From Gnetum montanum (taxonomy: Eukaryota > Plantae > Gnetophyta): a DNA stretch of 64,000 bases. The notes beneath the pieces are model-generated. The model was given only the letters and a program-made list of their open reading frames with translations. It had not been told where the DNA came from and searched no databases. This document shows, piece by piece, positions 38,901 to 52,099 of this stretch. The position numbers and the translations under genes are program-made. How positions within the stretch are numbered: position 1 is the first letter of the stretch; every line of letters begins with the position of its first letter. The stretch spans positions 172,302 to 236,301 of the forward strand of contig MNCI01001903.1 of the NCBI GenBank assembly GCA_015680685.1. The letters are read 5' to 3'.

Positions 38901-39830
38901 TCCCCTATAGCAACTGCAGCCACAAAATCATCCTGCAAGCATATATTAGCTTCTAAAGTATACATTGTGCCAATATTTTTTCCATTCAAAATTGTTTAAA
39001 TGCCCTTGGTAATTTTTCATTGATTATTTCAACATGAAAAATGTAAACCCAAATTATCAAGCTAAGAAACAAAAATTAGCCTTTTAGAAACTTCAGGAAC
39101 ATGCCTAACATCATTAAGAGTGATTTTAGGTAAACTAGGCTATTGTAAACCAACACTTCCTATACCAAAATTTTTTAAATAAACATCATTAGTAGAATAA
39201 ACAACACATTATGAAATTGGCTAATAGGAAGTAAACATAGATCAATCATGACAAGTATGAAATGAGGCTTGTATGTCAATGATCCAAACATATTTTGTTG
39301 TGTTTAAAAAAAATATTGTAGATGATTTAGATACAATAAAATCAAAAGCAAGCTCTTTCTCTATATGATTTATTTGTGGACCTACATTACTTTCTAATTT
39401 TTCTAACTTTTTTTTTCTTCTCTTGTAGTGATGCTTTCCATGCTTTATAATCATGAAAGTCCCTCTTCATGTTGTCAATTTTGTTACAAAACAGCATTCA
39501 ATCCTACTTTTATAAGTTCCTCTAATTTTACTTCTATCCCTGCTTTGATTAGGTCCTCTGCTTTGATCATGTTTATTATATCTATCTTTAGTTGAATTTG
39601 TAAAAGCATTACTTGATGATTGAACCTATCCTTTAGGTAATCTTTTTTTTGCATCGTGAAGAGTAAAAACTACACCATTAAAAGAAATATTACCAATACT
39701 CATAGAGGTAGTAATAGCTATAATAATTGGATTCTAAGATTCAGGTAAAGAATTCAAAACAACATAACACTTCACTAGCTTTGGAATTATCACTTTATAT
39801 TTTTCAAATTTAACAAAAGAAACCATCATA
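35945..39830 (-). mobile_element. Ty1/copia retrotransposon (Tork/Tnt1-like), 5'-truncated, decayed
   Basis: RNase H IFCDSQSALHLARN (36404-36613), RT (QLDVKTTFLHG ~37450, YVDDMLI ~37200), integrase (38116-38391), pre-integrase LWHKGLGH, protease WIID, partial gag; PPT AAAGGGTGGGAAGA abuts a candidate 3' LTR 35945-36189 (TGTTAT..ATAACA). Confidence 0.88.
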
Positions 39831-39832
39831 TC

Positions 39833-40154
39833 TATCATGTCCTGTCCCTTGTTAAGGATGAAAAAAATTACAACAATGTAATTAACCTTCAAATGAAGTG
39901 GCACCTCATTATGAGTAGTTACAATTATTCATATATCCTTCGGGAAAGGGTTTAACCTATGGCATTTAAGGTTAGGCTTAAAGGTTGTGTTGTCATGGAG
40001 TTGCAAAGCCTAGAAAGGCAAGTGATGGAATCTAGGTGAAGCAAAACAAGAAGGGATTGATCACCCCTTTGGCAAGATAGCCTAACCATGGTGGTAGTGT
40101 TGGATTGCCTCTAAGGCTTATGTGGCATGGAAAGATAACCTAGAGGACATTACA
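39833..40154. mobile_element. Candidate ~320-bp LTR interrupting the copia gag
   Basis: TATCATGTCC (decayed TGTCACGTCC?) ... GGACATTACA inverted ends; copia homology stops at its left edge; no partner copy in the window. Confidence 0.35.
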
Positions 40155-40569
40155 GTACTCTCTCCTTTTAATAAAATTTTATGTTTTTCTTTTTTATTCC
40201 ACAGTACCAATTAATTATTTACTAGTTAATTCATTTATTAAGTATTTATGATGTTTCCATTATATTATTTAAGAAAATGATGAATGCAATAAATTAAGCA
40301 ATCATATTTTATGACATTTCGTAATGAGATTTCACATTTGGCATAAGAGAAAACCATGATTTAGAAGCCAAAGTGGAAAAAAAACATTATTTTATTATTA
40401 TTATTATTTTAAAACATAAGTACATCCAAGAAAAATTCCAAAATGGAAGAAAAATATTACTTTATTTTTTTATTATTATGTAACAAAGGTACAAGTAGAG
40501 TACATGTAAAGAAAGAATGCAGAAAGAAATGGAACACAAAAATGGGAAAGATGTAAAGAAAACAATAGT

Positions 40570-43265
40570 GATCATTTGTTGCAACTTAATGAGCTGAGGA
40601 GAGTTATGACTATCTTCAATTGTGCTTCCCTTTCTTCATCAGTGGCATCCTTCTTACTAAGCACTACCTTACATCTAGCCAATCTATCACACAATCATCT
40701 AATGTACATAGTCGTAGGCCTTGTTGTAGCTATTGATTCCTCCTTTCTCTTAAGTTGGATTTTCAACATCTCTATCTAAACTAATTGATCATCCATGTCC
40801 TTTCTCCATTCCTTCTCTTTCCTTTACACAAACAAGACTAAAATTATGAGTTATAAACAAAACAAAAAAAACGGAAGAGTAAAGAATAAAAATTATTTAC
40901 CTAAAACTGATCATTGTCAATTTGGAAGAACTATTCACCAATCTCTAAATGGTGAGCCAAGCATGTTGCACTCTCCAATTCTCCTAAGAGTTTGTCTAGG
41001 TCCTTAACAACTTTTGGAGCATTCTCAGAAATTAGATGCAAAGATGATGGAACTCCAGCCTATACTAAATCATAGTTTACCTTGAAGTTGCATGACTAAG
41101 ACTCACATAAGTGGTAGACATCCTCATGAAAAAAATAGGATTTATTATCAAAAATCCACTGACCAAGATGCCAAAGAAGCATGAGTTCGTCTTTGGCAAC
41201 TGCCACTATCTATTCCATTGAATAAGAAGAACCTAAGATAGAGAAAGAAGAAACCACTGGAACAGACTAAGGAACTAATGTCAACATTGTCTGTGAAAAG
41301 GAACCTCTTACAGGTGTCATAAAAAAAGAAGGCATGCTTAGAGATTTATATGGAGAAATGGAAGTCTATTCGAAAGTTGCACTTGCATCATCTTTGTCCA
41401 TCTCTCAAATAAAGTACTACTCCTCCATCGACATCTACAACATAAAAAAAGATCAACATCATTGATGAGTGGCAAGGTACCCCTACACTCAACCATACAA
41501 AACAAGCATAGCATGCGTGATCCGGTCGAACTCCGTAGGCTAAGTGCCTACATGCCCCATGGAACACTTGAGGTTAATCATTCGTTGTCTTCCCAGCTTA
41601 CTTGTGGTTGTCGCGGTGTATGGTTAAGTAAGTCCAAGGTATATGATTTTTATGGTCTTTTATGTTTTTCTCCTATGTTATCGAGGTGAAGGGCTGAGAA
41701 ACTAACTAACTCTAACTAATGACTAAGTCTAAATTAACCTAACGTCAGCATCAATTCCCACTTATCGTACACACCTTGAACCGATGCAACCGCGGCTACC
41801 AAATGCTAATCATTGCTGGGATCACCGCGCGTAACGCATGTGCTCGAAGTGGTCATATTGAGGCACTTAACTAGGAGGAAAGGGTTGAGAGAATCTATCT
41901 AGCCTAAGTGCGATGAGTAGCTGATTCCTTGACTAACCGTACACATATGGGACTACCACTGGGATTACTAAGCATAGATCCTGGATACGCCACTGGGTTA
42001 CCAAGTAGTCACACTAGATGCTCATAATCAAGTCATGCTCATACCGCATGTGGTAAGCAGCCGATTCCTTGACTATCTGTACACATCCTTAGATGCTCAT
42101 AATCAAGTCATACTCATTCTGCATTCTAGGAGTTTAAGGGTGAGAGAGAAAACAATAAATAAAATCCTATTCCATGCACTGCAAGGTTTATCCAAGAAGC
42201 TCGTCTTTATTGCTGTACACAACTTATGTTTAGGTACAATGTTGCTTGAATAAAGATCAGTTCACTTTTAGGACTTCTACTATGGGCACATGGAAAATAT
42301 TCTATCTTTGGAGTGATCAAACTACCAGAGTTTCCCTACTTCTAACTCAGGATGGGAAAAAATGGAGAGCTGCCTCTTATTTATAGATATGGCGGTAGAC
42401 CACGATATCGTGTATGTGACATCACAGGGGACGACGTGATATCACTGCTCATGCAAATTGCATCTCATCAATCATATAAGATACAAGAAAGGAAAAAGGG
42501 AAGTATTCAAACCTTCAAATAATTAAAACTTACCTCTAGTTTCTTTTCTTTATCTTGTCTTGTACTTTGTTATTGAGTTTGTTGTTGGGGTTGTTGTTGA
42601 GCCTGTTGTTGAACTTGTTTTCTTATAACCACTAAATCGCTAGGACTTTACCTAGTATGTTGCCTCAACAAAAAGAAATTTATTAGAAAACAAAATAAGA
42701 CATTAAACTAAGTTATTATATATATTTTTAAATATATACCTTGAGAGTGGTTAGTATGATTTGTTCTCATGGCTAAATCATATCAAAGGTTGAAATACCT
42801 TAAACATCTTTAGCTTGTGCAGCTCTAGCTTGGGAACTCTAAATCGATTCATTCTATAGCCCAAATTGCACTATAAAATATACAAAATAAAGACATAATT
42901 AAAAATAAGGAAACAATATATACATAAAAATACCTCATTGGTTTCCTCCTAATTCTAAGCTTGTTGAAAAGCCATTTGACCTTTCTTGGCACCCACGATC
43001 CTGCCCCTTATAACTCTCTCATCTTCAAGAAATTTAGGATATAATCAGGGATTATAATGACTAAAACATTTTTTTGAATGGTCATAACTTAGGATCAAAC
43101 ACATAAACAAGGGTACACAACATATAGTATAAGATTCAATAGGATTTTGCTGGGCAATAGTAACTTCAGTCATGGCATTATACCAGGCAAAGAAACAAGA
43201 CAATGAACAATCATAAACTTTGTTAGTTATGAAATCATGAAGTATGTAAATGAAATAAGAATTAA
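40570..43265 (-). pseudogene. 3' exons of a spliced transposon-type gene (Gln-rich and coiled-coil segments), interrupted by a solo LTR
   Basis: Minus-strand donors (plus-strand TACCT) at ~40898, ~41078, ~42531, ~42737, ~42931; segments RKQVQQQAQQQPQQQT and KEKEWRKDMDDQL..QLKRKEE. Confidence 0.45.
41463..42470 (-). mobile_element. Solo LTR, Athila-like family B
   Basis: TGATGAG...CTCATCA with perfect TSD ATCAT/ATCAT; homologous to the LTRs at 50961 and 57204; no PBS or PPT adjacent. Confidence 0.93.
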
Positions 43266-44169
43266 TGATGAATGGCGAGGTACCCCTACACTCAAGCATA
43301 TGAATACGAGTCTTACATGCGTGATCTGGTCAAACTCTGCAGACAGACTAGTTGTGGCATATAGATAGTTAGCCTTAGGTCACAGTTTGTTGTCTTCCCA
43401 CCTAGACTAGTATTAGCTTTTTCATGTATGGTTTAGTCTAGAGTGAGGTGTATGATGTGTTTCTATGCTAATGCTACTCCTGAGGACAATGGAAAGTAAT
43501 ATTGACTAAGCTAAGAGAAAAAGGATGAGAGAGAATCTAGCTAGCCTAAGTGCGATGAGCATTCGTTCCTCGATTATCTGTACACATCTTGGAGTTTATG
43601 CATGACTACCACTAGGATTACTAAGTGTAGATCCTAGGTACACTATTGGGTTACCAAGTAGTCACACTTAAATGCTCGTAATCAAGTTGTACTCATTCTG
43701 CATTAACAGGAGTTTAAGGGTGAGAGATATTAACTAAGAAAGCAGTAAAAAATAATTAATTAATTAATTAATTAAACTAAGTGAATGCTGCAATGATGAA
43801 GTAATCTTGATCTTTATTGCCAGTCATGTGCATGTCCAAGTATGTCACACTTGAATAAAGGATGTCGTACAATTACATTCACCACACTGTGGGCATACAC
43901 TAGGAGGAAAAGGGTTGAGAGGAAAACTACATAAAAATTAACACTAAAATTAAGAACTGAAAAAATCCCTATTGGAACTATCTACCTTTTATTTATAGAT
44001 GAGGAGATAGGCTGCGATATTGTGGTTGACCAAATGACGACTCATCATACCCCCACGACTGAATGAAAACTTGTCCTCAAGTTATAATGAGAACAAGCAC
44101 CATTAATTACACAGTGGATAGGTACGAGATTATTGGATGGTGAAAATGAGTTTATGCTGCAGTGTGAAA

Positions 44170-47016
44170 TCAAGAAAAGATTAAGACACAACACAAAGAA
44201 TGTGCTACAACTACAAAATTGGTGGAACTCATGTAGTTCCTGGTGGCGGTGGCTCCTCCATAGGTGCTTTCCCCTTGTCTTGTGCTCCAGGTCTCGAGCA
44301 TTGATGGTGTTAAAGTATGGCCTAGAGATTCTCCTCTTTGGTTTGGGGATCTTGTGTCATCCATGCTAATGTTCCAATGTTTGACAAAGTTGGCACTTCC
44401 CATAGGCATGGTAGTTGTGGAAACATTTGATTTACCTTAACATACCAGGCCACAAATACCCATCGTTCTTCCTCGTAGGCTTTGGCTTTGTCTCTATACT
44501 CTTGAAAATCCCCAAGCTATTGAGCCAAATCTATTGCAACACCTCTTTTTCCTTGGTAGCTTGCCTTTACCACCTCAAGTTCAGAACTTCCAGTCTCCAG
44601 TTTTTGTAATATCTTCTTGCATTCTACAAGTTCTGTTTCATATTTGATGTAGGTGATAGCTACCTGTTGCTCGAGCTATGTTCTCAGGCACCTTGCTGTT
44701 AACATGGCAAGGTTGGCATACCACAGGTTTACCAACTCCATGTATTCTGTATGATCTTAAATCTACAGGTCCTGGTTCTTAACTTCCACCTGGTGGGCTA
44801 AGGCATATGTGTCCAATATGTCCCTCCAGTCAATATGTTAAGCACTGATAACATTGATGTGGGCCTTGGCCATATGGATCTTCTTCTCAAGGATCTTTTT
44901 GTGCATCTCCACCTAGTCCCAGAAGTCCTCCTTTAGCTTTTCATGCTGTTTAGCCTCATTTTTCCATGCACTTATTTCAATAGCTATCTTTTGACAGATT
45001 GTGCGTACCTCCTCCATTGAGAGGGTTCGGTTCTCCCTGACTAAATGACTCATGTCTTGGTTGACCTAGATGAACTGTTCTCGCAACTAATGGAAATGTT
45101 CTTCGAGAACATTCTTTTTCTTCTCCACAATGGTCAACTGAAGGTTCTCGGCAACAAGCTGCTTGTTTTCCTCCTTTAAGGCTTTGAGTGCCTTGATATG
45201 TACATGAGTTTGTGCCTATGTTGTAGAGGCATCCCAAACAGCCTTCTCTTTTTCCTCTGCAACCTTCTTATTCTCCGTTAATATCTTGGTTAGTTGCTCA
45301 GTTTTGAAATTGTCTAGTTGGTCCATGGGAACAAATTATGAAGTGTCCCGCTATGCTGCTTGTAGGGCTACGAGCTTTTCTTGTAATTTTTGCACCTCTG
45401 CTTTAGCATGCTCGGCCCTCACTTCTGTTAAAACTAGCTTCCCCTTAGTGGAAATGAGGTCCAATTGAATTGCAGTAACATCTTGAGGGATGTCAAACAA
45501 GGACATCATTACTTGTCCTATTTGTAGTAATCGATCAAGCATATCCTCATTTTTGCAGGAGTCATTGAGGTTTAGGCCAAATTTTGAGCATCCTGTGCTC
45601 CTGTGAGATCTGCCGGTGGTACAATAAGTACATTGAATAATTCTTTAATATGATCTGAGACCACTTCTATGGATCCTGCTGCATCCTGGTGTTGCATGAC
45701 CACCACTATGGCCCCTTCACCAGTTTCTAATTGCACTTGGAAAGATGCAACATTTCCCAAGATCTATTATGACCAAGTACTTTCCCCTCCTCCTGTATGG
45801 ATGGACACCTCACCCCTCATATGATCCAAGGAAACTGTGGGCTATATGACATCATCAATGATGTGGAAGAGATTTGCATCATCACAACTTCCCCAACTGA
45901 TCATCTCAACGATGGCCCTGAGGTGGCTCATCAATGGTTTGTAATCTTACTGCGGCGGTGGTTGATCCTAGCCCGTGCTAGGCCCTGCTTCCTATTGTTG
46001 ACTGGGTCCTGTACTTGGAAGTTGGCTACATTCTACAAGTTGAGTTGCAGTTGGTCCAGTCTTCTGTTCTTCTTCTTGTTCTAGTCCTAGTGTCTCACTA
46101 GTGATTTTCCTTACGGCTAGTGGTTTTAACAGTTTAGCATATGAAGCATTTTGGGCTTTTCGAAGGACATCATTAGTGTATCCCTTGATACTAGCATGTC
46201 AGCATAGCTTCTTGATAAGGCAAGGGAAGGGCAATGCCATCTTCCCTATCTTATATTCCTCAAACCGCCTTAGGATCTCCATAAGGTATAGATAAGGCAC
46301 GTTAGCATTAACCTTCCCCATCAGCACTACACAACCTCTTGCCACATATGTTGAAATCCTTTTCAAGCCCTTTTTGAGAAAGAGGTGATACGTTCCAATT
46401 TTGAAATAGACCCTATCTTCTGTCATCAACTCTCCAAATGTCTTATCCCAACCATATGCTCTTTCCAACCAAACTCGTCGCACATTAGGATTTGAACAGG
46501 TAGATAACTGAGCAACCTTGGGCCCTATATTTGGAAGGTTTAATACTTCCAAAATGGCCTGCGCTGAGAAATCGACTGTCACACCACAAATGTTAATGGT
46601 GGAGGCTTGTTCTCTATTGTGCTAGAATTGGTACATCTTCCCTAGGTACCAGGCATTACTTTCAGAGAGGGTAGGCCATAAGGGAGATCCTTTGAGGTGA
46701 TCCCTAACAGCCTCGGGAGCGAACTCTACAAAAGATTCAAAATTTAATTCCACAATCACCTTGTTGAATATGGACCTTTCATGGATAGCCTAACACAATC
46801 CTAGGGCAACGTGAGGTGTTGTCCTTGTTCAGGCACTGCAACAACTCCTCCTTCTGACTGCCCAGAATGTACAGTAGGAGGATCCTCTTGATGAATGCTA
46901 AATTATTGTTCCTCCTATTCTACATGTTGTCCAACAAGGACTTGTTCTTCACCTCTCCTAGGTCATTTACTTCCACCTTGATCAGGACCTTCCTGTTGTC
47001 CACATTTTGAGGCCAT
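44170..47016 (-). pseudogene. E2 env-like/ORF2 remnant
   Basis: ATG after a CAG acceptor at 47016; ORFs 46199-46582, 45572-45760 and 45351-45542 parallel E1 21213-24104. Confidence 0.75.
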
Positions 47017-48965
47017 CTGCAATCACACAGGGCCAAGCATTAGTAAGGTTGTTTCTAAAGTTAAGTTATACCTTACTGCTTGCCTTAATTAATTAATTTA
47101 TTTTATCACCGTGTGATTTTTCCCGAAAGATTATAATAGTGAGTCCTCTTTGCTTAGGTGGTTTCCAATTTTAGTTTCCCAATGTACCTAAGGGAATGAA
47201 ATTATTTTCCGCACATTTTATTCCTAATTTTACAACTAATTACCCTTGATAATGTTCTTTGGGCGATGAAAAATTCCAAAAAAGTTATGTGCTATTCGGC
47301 GTATGTCTCTCTCCCATGACTAAGCTAAACACTTTGGGTTCAAGTAGGTTTAGACAGAATAAAAATCGGAGTACTAGTGAGCAACATATAGGTAGAAAAG
47401 TAAGGGTGTCACACTTGCAAGTTGTAGAGAAAAATTTGAAAAACTCCCTCGCGTGATTTATGAAAAATGATGCTAAGTGTTGCAGGGGGTTTCGCCTTTT
47501 TATAGATCAAATGGAACGCCCTAGTAATATTGGGCACAATGAAAGATACCGAATTTTTAAGGTATTTTTGGAATAAAAAATGGGAATTAAGGACATGGGG
47601 CTATTTTTAATAGGTTCTAGGGTAATTTAATTAATTCAAAAGGCACAAATAATGAGATGTGGGTGGACTTAAGCAATAAGGCCTCAGGTGGTAAGTGAGA
47701 GAATAAGGCCATGTAATGGTACATAGGAACATTGATCTAGAGGGATAGTAATAAGGGAAAGGAAATCATTGGCAATATGCTAAGGGTAATAAATGGTATC
47801 TGGAAGGTGGTTCATGAGTGCAAATTACAAAAATTACACAAGTGGGTCCTCCCCAAAGTAGGTTCTAACCTATAATGCCCTTGCGTAACCACACTTAAAA
47901 GTGTTCGTGGGCACTTGAAGGGTTAATTGTAATCCACACTAATTCCACAAAACACACACATGTAAATATCACCGGAATGAGGTAAGAATTCTATGCTATA
48001 CGAGACACGAGCTACAATTACATGGACAACGAGATGAGACAAGGTATACAAGGGATTGTAGAGATTGGGACATGAGGTAATTGACCCAGGGCACAATGAA
48101 TCCTACATGTAACGCATGATTAAGGTGTCATTAACCCATCGTTCCAAGATCAGGACCAAGTCCATTCCTCTGATTAGTGACACCACATTTTTTCATCCCA
48201 TGATGAGTGACTATGAGAGTACCAGAACAACAAGGTGTATGATCACTTGGCATTTTGTTCAAGGGAGGAGTGATTTTTGTTTTGTGGCACTTTGTTTTTT
48301 TTCTCTTTCTTTTTTTTTTTTTGAACACTGAATCCAGAGAAGTCACAAACCTTTAAGAATGGGTGCATGTCTTTCTAATCGGACCCCCTAGAATAACATT
48401 GGATTTTTGAGTGCCTTTTGATTACTCTTACTCCCATTTTTCATTAGATTTACAAGGATCTTAGTACAACCACATTGCATGATAACTCTCATAGACGTCA
48501 CCAAAGAGAATCCACAAGTCCATTTGATGTCACACCCTAATCATTCCCTCTTGGTCCATCCTTCTTCATTCTGGGTACAATGAACACAAAATTTAATTTA
48601 ATTTTTAAGAATGTCAAGAATATCACTGTACCCTTGAACAGAACCTCTTATTTGTAGAATGGATGAGTGGGTGTAATGGGCTCACTATCCACATAATTGA
48701 TCACTCAAGACTTAATAACATAGAACACACCTCAACTAATGATCCACATGAGTGTTTTATTCATAGATGAGATTACTTATGAAAAGCTAAAAAGATAAAA
48801 CAAGAAATTTGAAAAATGAAAAACTGGAAAACAAAAAGTTATAAAATTAAAGAAAATGAAAAATGTTTATTAATCTTACTTGTTATTAGAATGGGGGATA
48901 TCCCCCATAACTAAACAGTTGAAGATGGAAAGGATTAATAAATGAAAGATGAGGATCCTTACATG

Positions 48966-50900
48966 TTAGAAATATTGGGACCCAGTCATACTTATCCCAT
49001 CAGGGTTCACACACCTAATTATAGTAAGCATAGTGGGGCAATTTATAAGATGTAATTTCTGGATAACGAGTTGACTCACAATGATAATTGGGACTATTAG
49101 ATGGTATGCAAGGATCAGGATGTTGCCCTCCATGGCCATATTCATTGGGCCGTATGGTTGTTGGAGTGTTAATTGGTGGCCCTGATGAAATAACATGAGG
49201 CATTGGGTTTGAAGAGAACGATGCACCAAAGTGTTGGACTTGTGCTGAGTGGGAGGATGCAGTGGCCTTGGAATTGTATTGGCCCTTCCTAGGGTCATTT
49301 CTAAAGAAGGGATGCCTTCGATATTGTTGAGGTCTCTCACTACTGTTGGCAATAGTAGCACAAGTAACGTTCAGGGGTTGTTGCTATGGTGCAGACACCT
49401 TAGGAACAATTGGTGGTGATGTAGAAGAAGGGAAAGGATGAGAATGTTGAAAATTAGGAGAAGTGTAAGGTGCACAAGGCGGTGGTTGTGTTGAGGACAT
49501 GGGATGATAGTATTGAGGAGAATGATAATGCGGTGAGATAGAGTATGTTGGCCTAGTTGGAGAAATAGGATGTTGGACTAGATAGGTATTTGGATTCAGA
49601 TGATATGAAGGGTGTCTCCGGTTTAGGGGTGGTTTCCTCCACGACTGGGATTGTTGCACTGTGATCAAACACAATATCTCTGTATGAACTCTGGATGTAA
49701 CGTGCTTCCCCAATGCTCATATAAATATAACAAGATTGGGCATTGGCCCTTGGGATGATCATACAGGCAGAGGTTGCATTCATTCATATGGTTGGCAGTT
49801 GAGCTCTTACTTTCCTCATCCTTTCTTTCCGAATGTCTAATGATATTTTCTCCTACTTCTTGGGTTGTCAAAACTCTATCTCCAATAATATCAATATATT
49901 CTCCACACATTTTATGCATCCATTCCAACATCTTATTGATCTTTTCCCCGACTTCCTCTAATGATTGTTGCACTAGCAAAGATGGTTCTTCCTCCTTGAT
50001 ATTAATTGATTTCTTCTTTTTGTGATTATGGACCTTTGTTAAATTGAGATTTTGGTCCTGTTGATGTTTTTCAACACTCTCCCATCTAGCTATTTCTCCT
50101 TCTTCTTTTGCTACCCACTTGATAAGCTCTTAGACTTGATGGGTTTGTAGTTTGTATAGTTGACCTTGGGCATACATCCCTAGGGTTGCTCTTATTTCAT
50201 CATGAAGCCCATCAATGATATGATACATTAGCCTTTCCTCGGGGAACTCATGGTCTGGATAGTTGTTTAGCAATGCATAATATCTTTCTAAGGCCATGTA
50301 CAAGGGTTCATGTTGTGCCTTTTTCCACTCTTGGATTTGTTTCCTCAAGGCTGACACTCTTGCGTAGGTTTGATATCTTTCGTTAAAGAGTTCTACCATT
50401 GTTGGCCAATGTCGTATTGAATTTGGTTTTAACGATCTATACCATACTTTTTCTTGGCCAACGAGTGTCATAGGAAAGAGCTTAATTTTTTTCCAACTTT
50501 TATCAATGTTGTTCCATGTGTAGGCATCGTACAAGGCTTGTAAATGTCGTTGCAGATCTAAGCCATAGCCTCCTAAAAAATTGGGGAAGTTGTTTAAATC
50601 AAGCCTGGGTAGACGGCTCTCTTTACGATGCCTACGGGAGATTTGAACAGCCTCTTGTATTTACAGTAAGCTTGTAGTGGCTAGTAGGGGTTCATCGTCA
50701 TCAGGTAAGCTATCCTTTCATGCATTGGAATGACGTTGCTTTCATTTATGTTTATAAGAAACCCCCACCTCAGGTTGTGTACTCCAATCTTCATTGTCAT
50801 ATAGTTCATTGGTTTTCCAATGAACTTCCTCACTAGGTGTGGCATTATTATTATCTTGTAGCAGAGGCATGGTTGTGAAATTATGTGTGACTTTATATGT
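48966..50900 (-). pseudogene. E2 gag remnant with Pro-rich tail
   Basis: ORF 50130-50534 (KIKLFPMTLVGQEKVWYRSLKPNSIRHW), knuckle CNLCLYDHPKGQCP; no protease/RT motifs follow. Confidence 0.85.
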
Positions 50901-52099
50901 AACTTTTTATAATTATTTCTTTCTAAAATATATATCGTTAATTCCTTTACAGTGACCTTGTGATGAGACGTGATATCACATGCACTGCGATATCGCGTAC
51001 ACAATATCGCGGCCATCGTGATATTGCGTCATCCCCTGTGATATCACGTACGCGATATCATGATCTGTCGCCAATTCTCTAAATAAGAGGCAGCACTCCC
51101 CTCATTTCTCATCCTAGGCTAGAAGTAGTGAAGCTCTAGCAGTTTAGTCACTCCAGAGATAGAATATTTTCCATGTGCCCACAGTAGGAGTCCCCAAGTG
51201 AACGGTTCTTTATTCGAGCAGCTTTGTACCTAAACGCAAGTTATGTACGGCAATAAATACGAGATTTGTGGATAAACCTTGTAGTGCATGGAATAGGTTT
51301 ATTATCTGTTATTTCTTACATGTCATTTATTACATGCATTAGTGCAGCATGAGTACGACTTGGTTACGAGCATTGACAAATGTGTACGGCTAACCAAGGA
51401 ATCGGCTACTCATCGCGATTAGATTCTCTCACCCCTGTCTCCTAGAACGCGGGATGAGTATGACTTGATTACGATCATCTCTGGATGTGTACGACTAGTC
51501 AAGGAATCGGCTGCTCATCATGCTTAGGCTAGTTAGTTGCCTCAGTACGACCACTTCGAGCACATGCGTTACGTGTGGTGATCTCAGTAACGATTAGCGT
51601 TTGGTAGCCATAGTTGCATAGTTCAGGGTGTGTACAGTAAGTGGGAACAGATGCTAACGCTAGTTAATTTAGACTTAAGATATTAGTTAGAGTTAGTTAA
51701 TTTCTCAACCCTTCATCCTTTAGCATAGGAGATAAACCATAAAAGACCAAAAAAATCATATACCTCGGACTTACTTAACCATACACCATGACAACAACAA
51801 GTCTGGGAAGACAATGAATGATTAACCCTAAGTGTTCCATGGGGCGTTTAGGCATTTGGTCTGCGGAGTTCAACCGGATCATGCGTGCTATGCTCATTTC
51901 ATATGGTTGAGTGTAGGGGTACCTCGCCACTCATCATTGGCACTGTTGCCAAGGACTAGGTGTTTGTGCACCGAATAGAACATAAGGGATATCACTCACA
52001 TCGTTGTGAGCCTTACCAAACCTTCAGGTTAATCAAAAGAAAATTTATATAACAGTGAAATAGCACACCAATCAAAATACCTTCTTCGCATAAGAGCAA

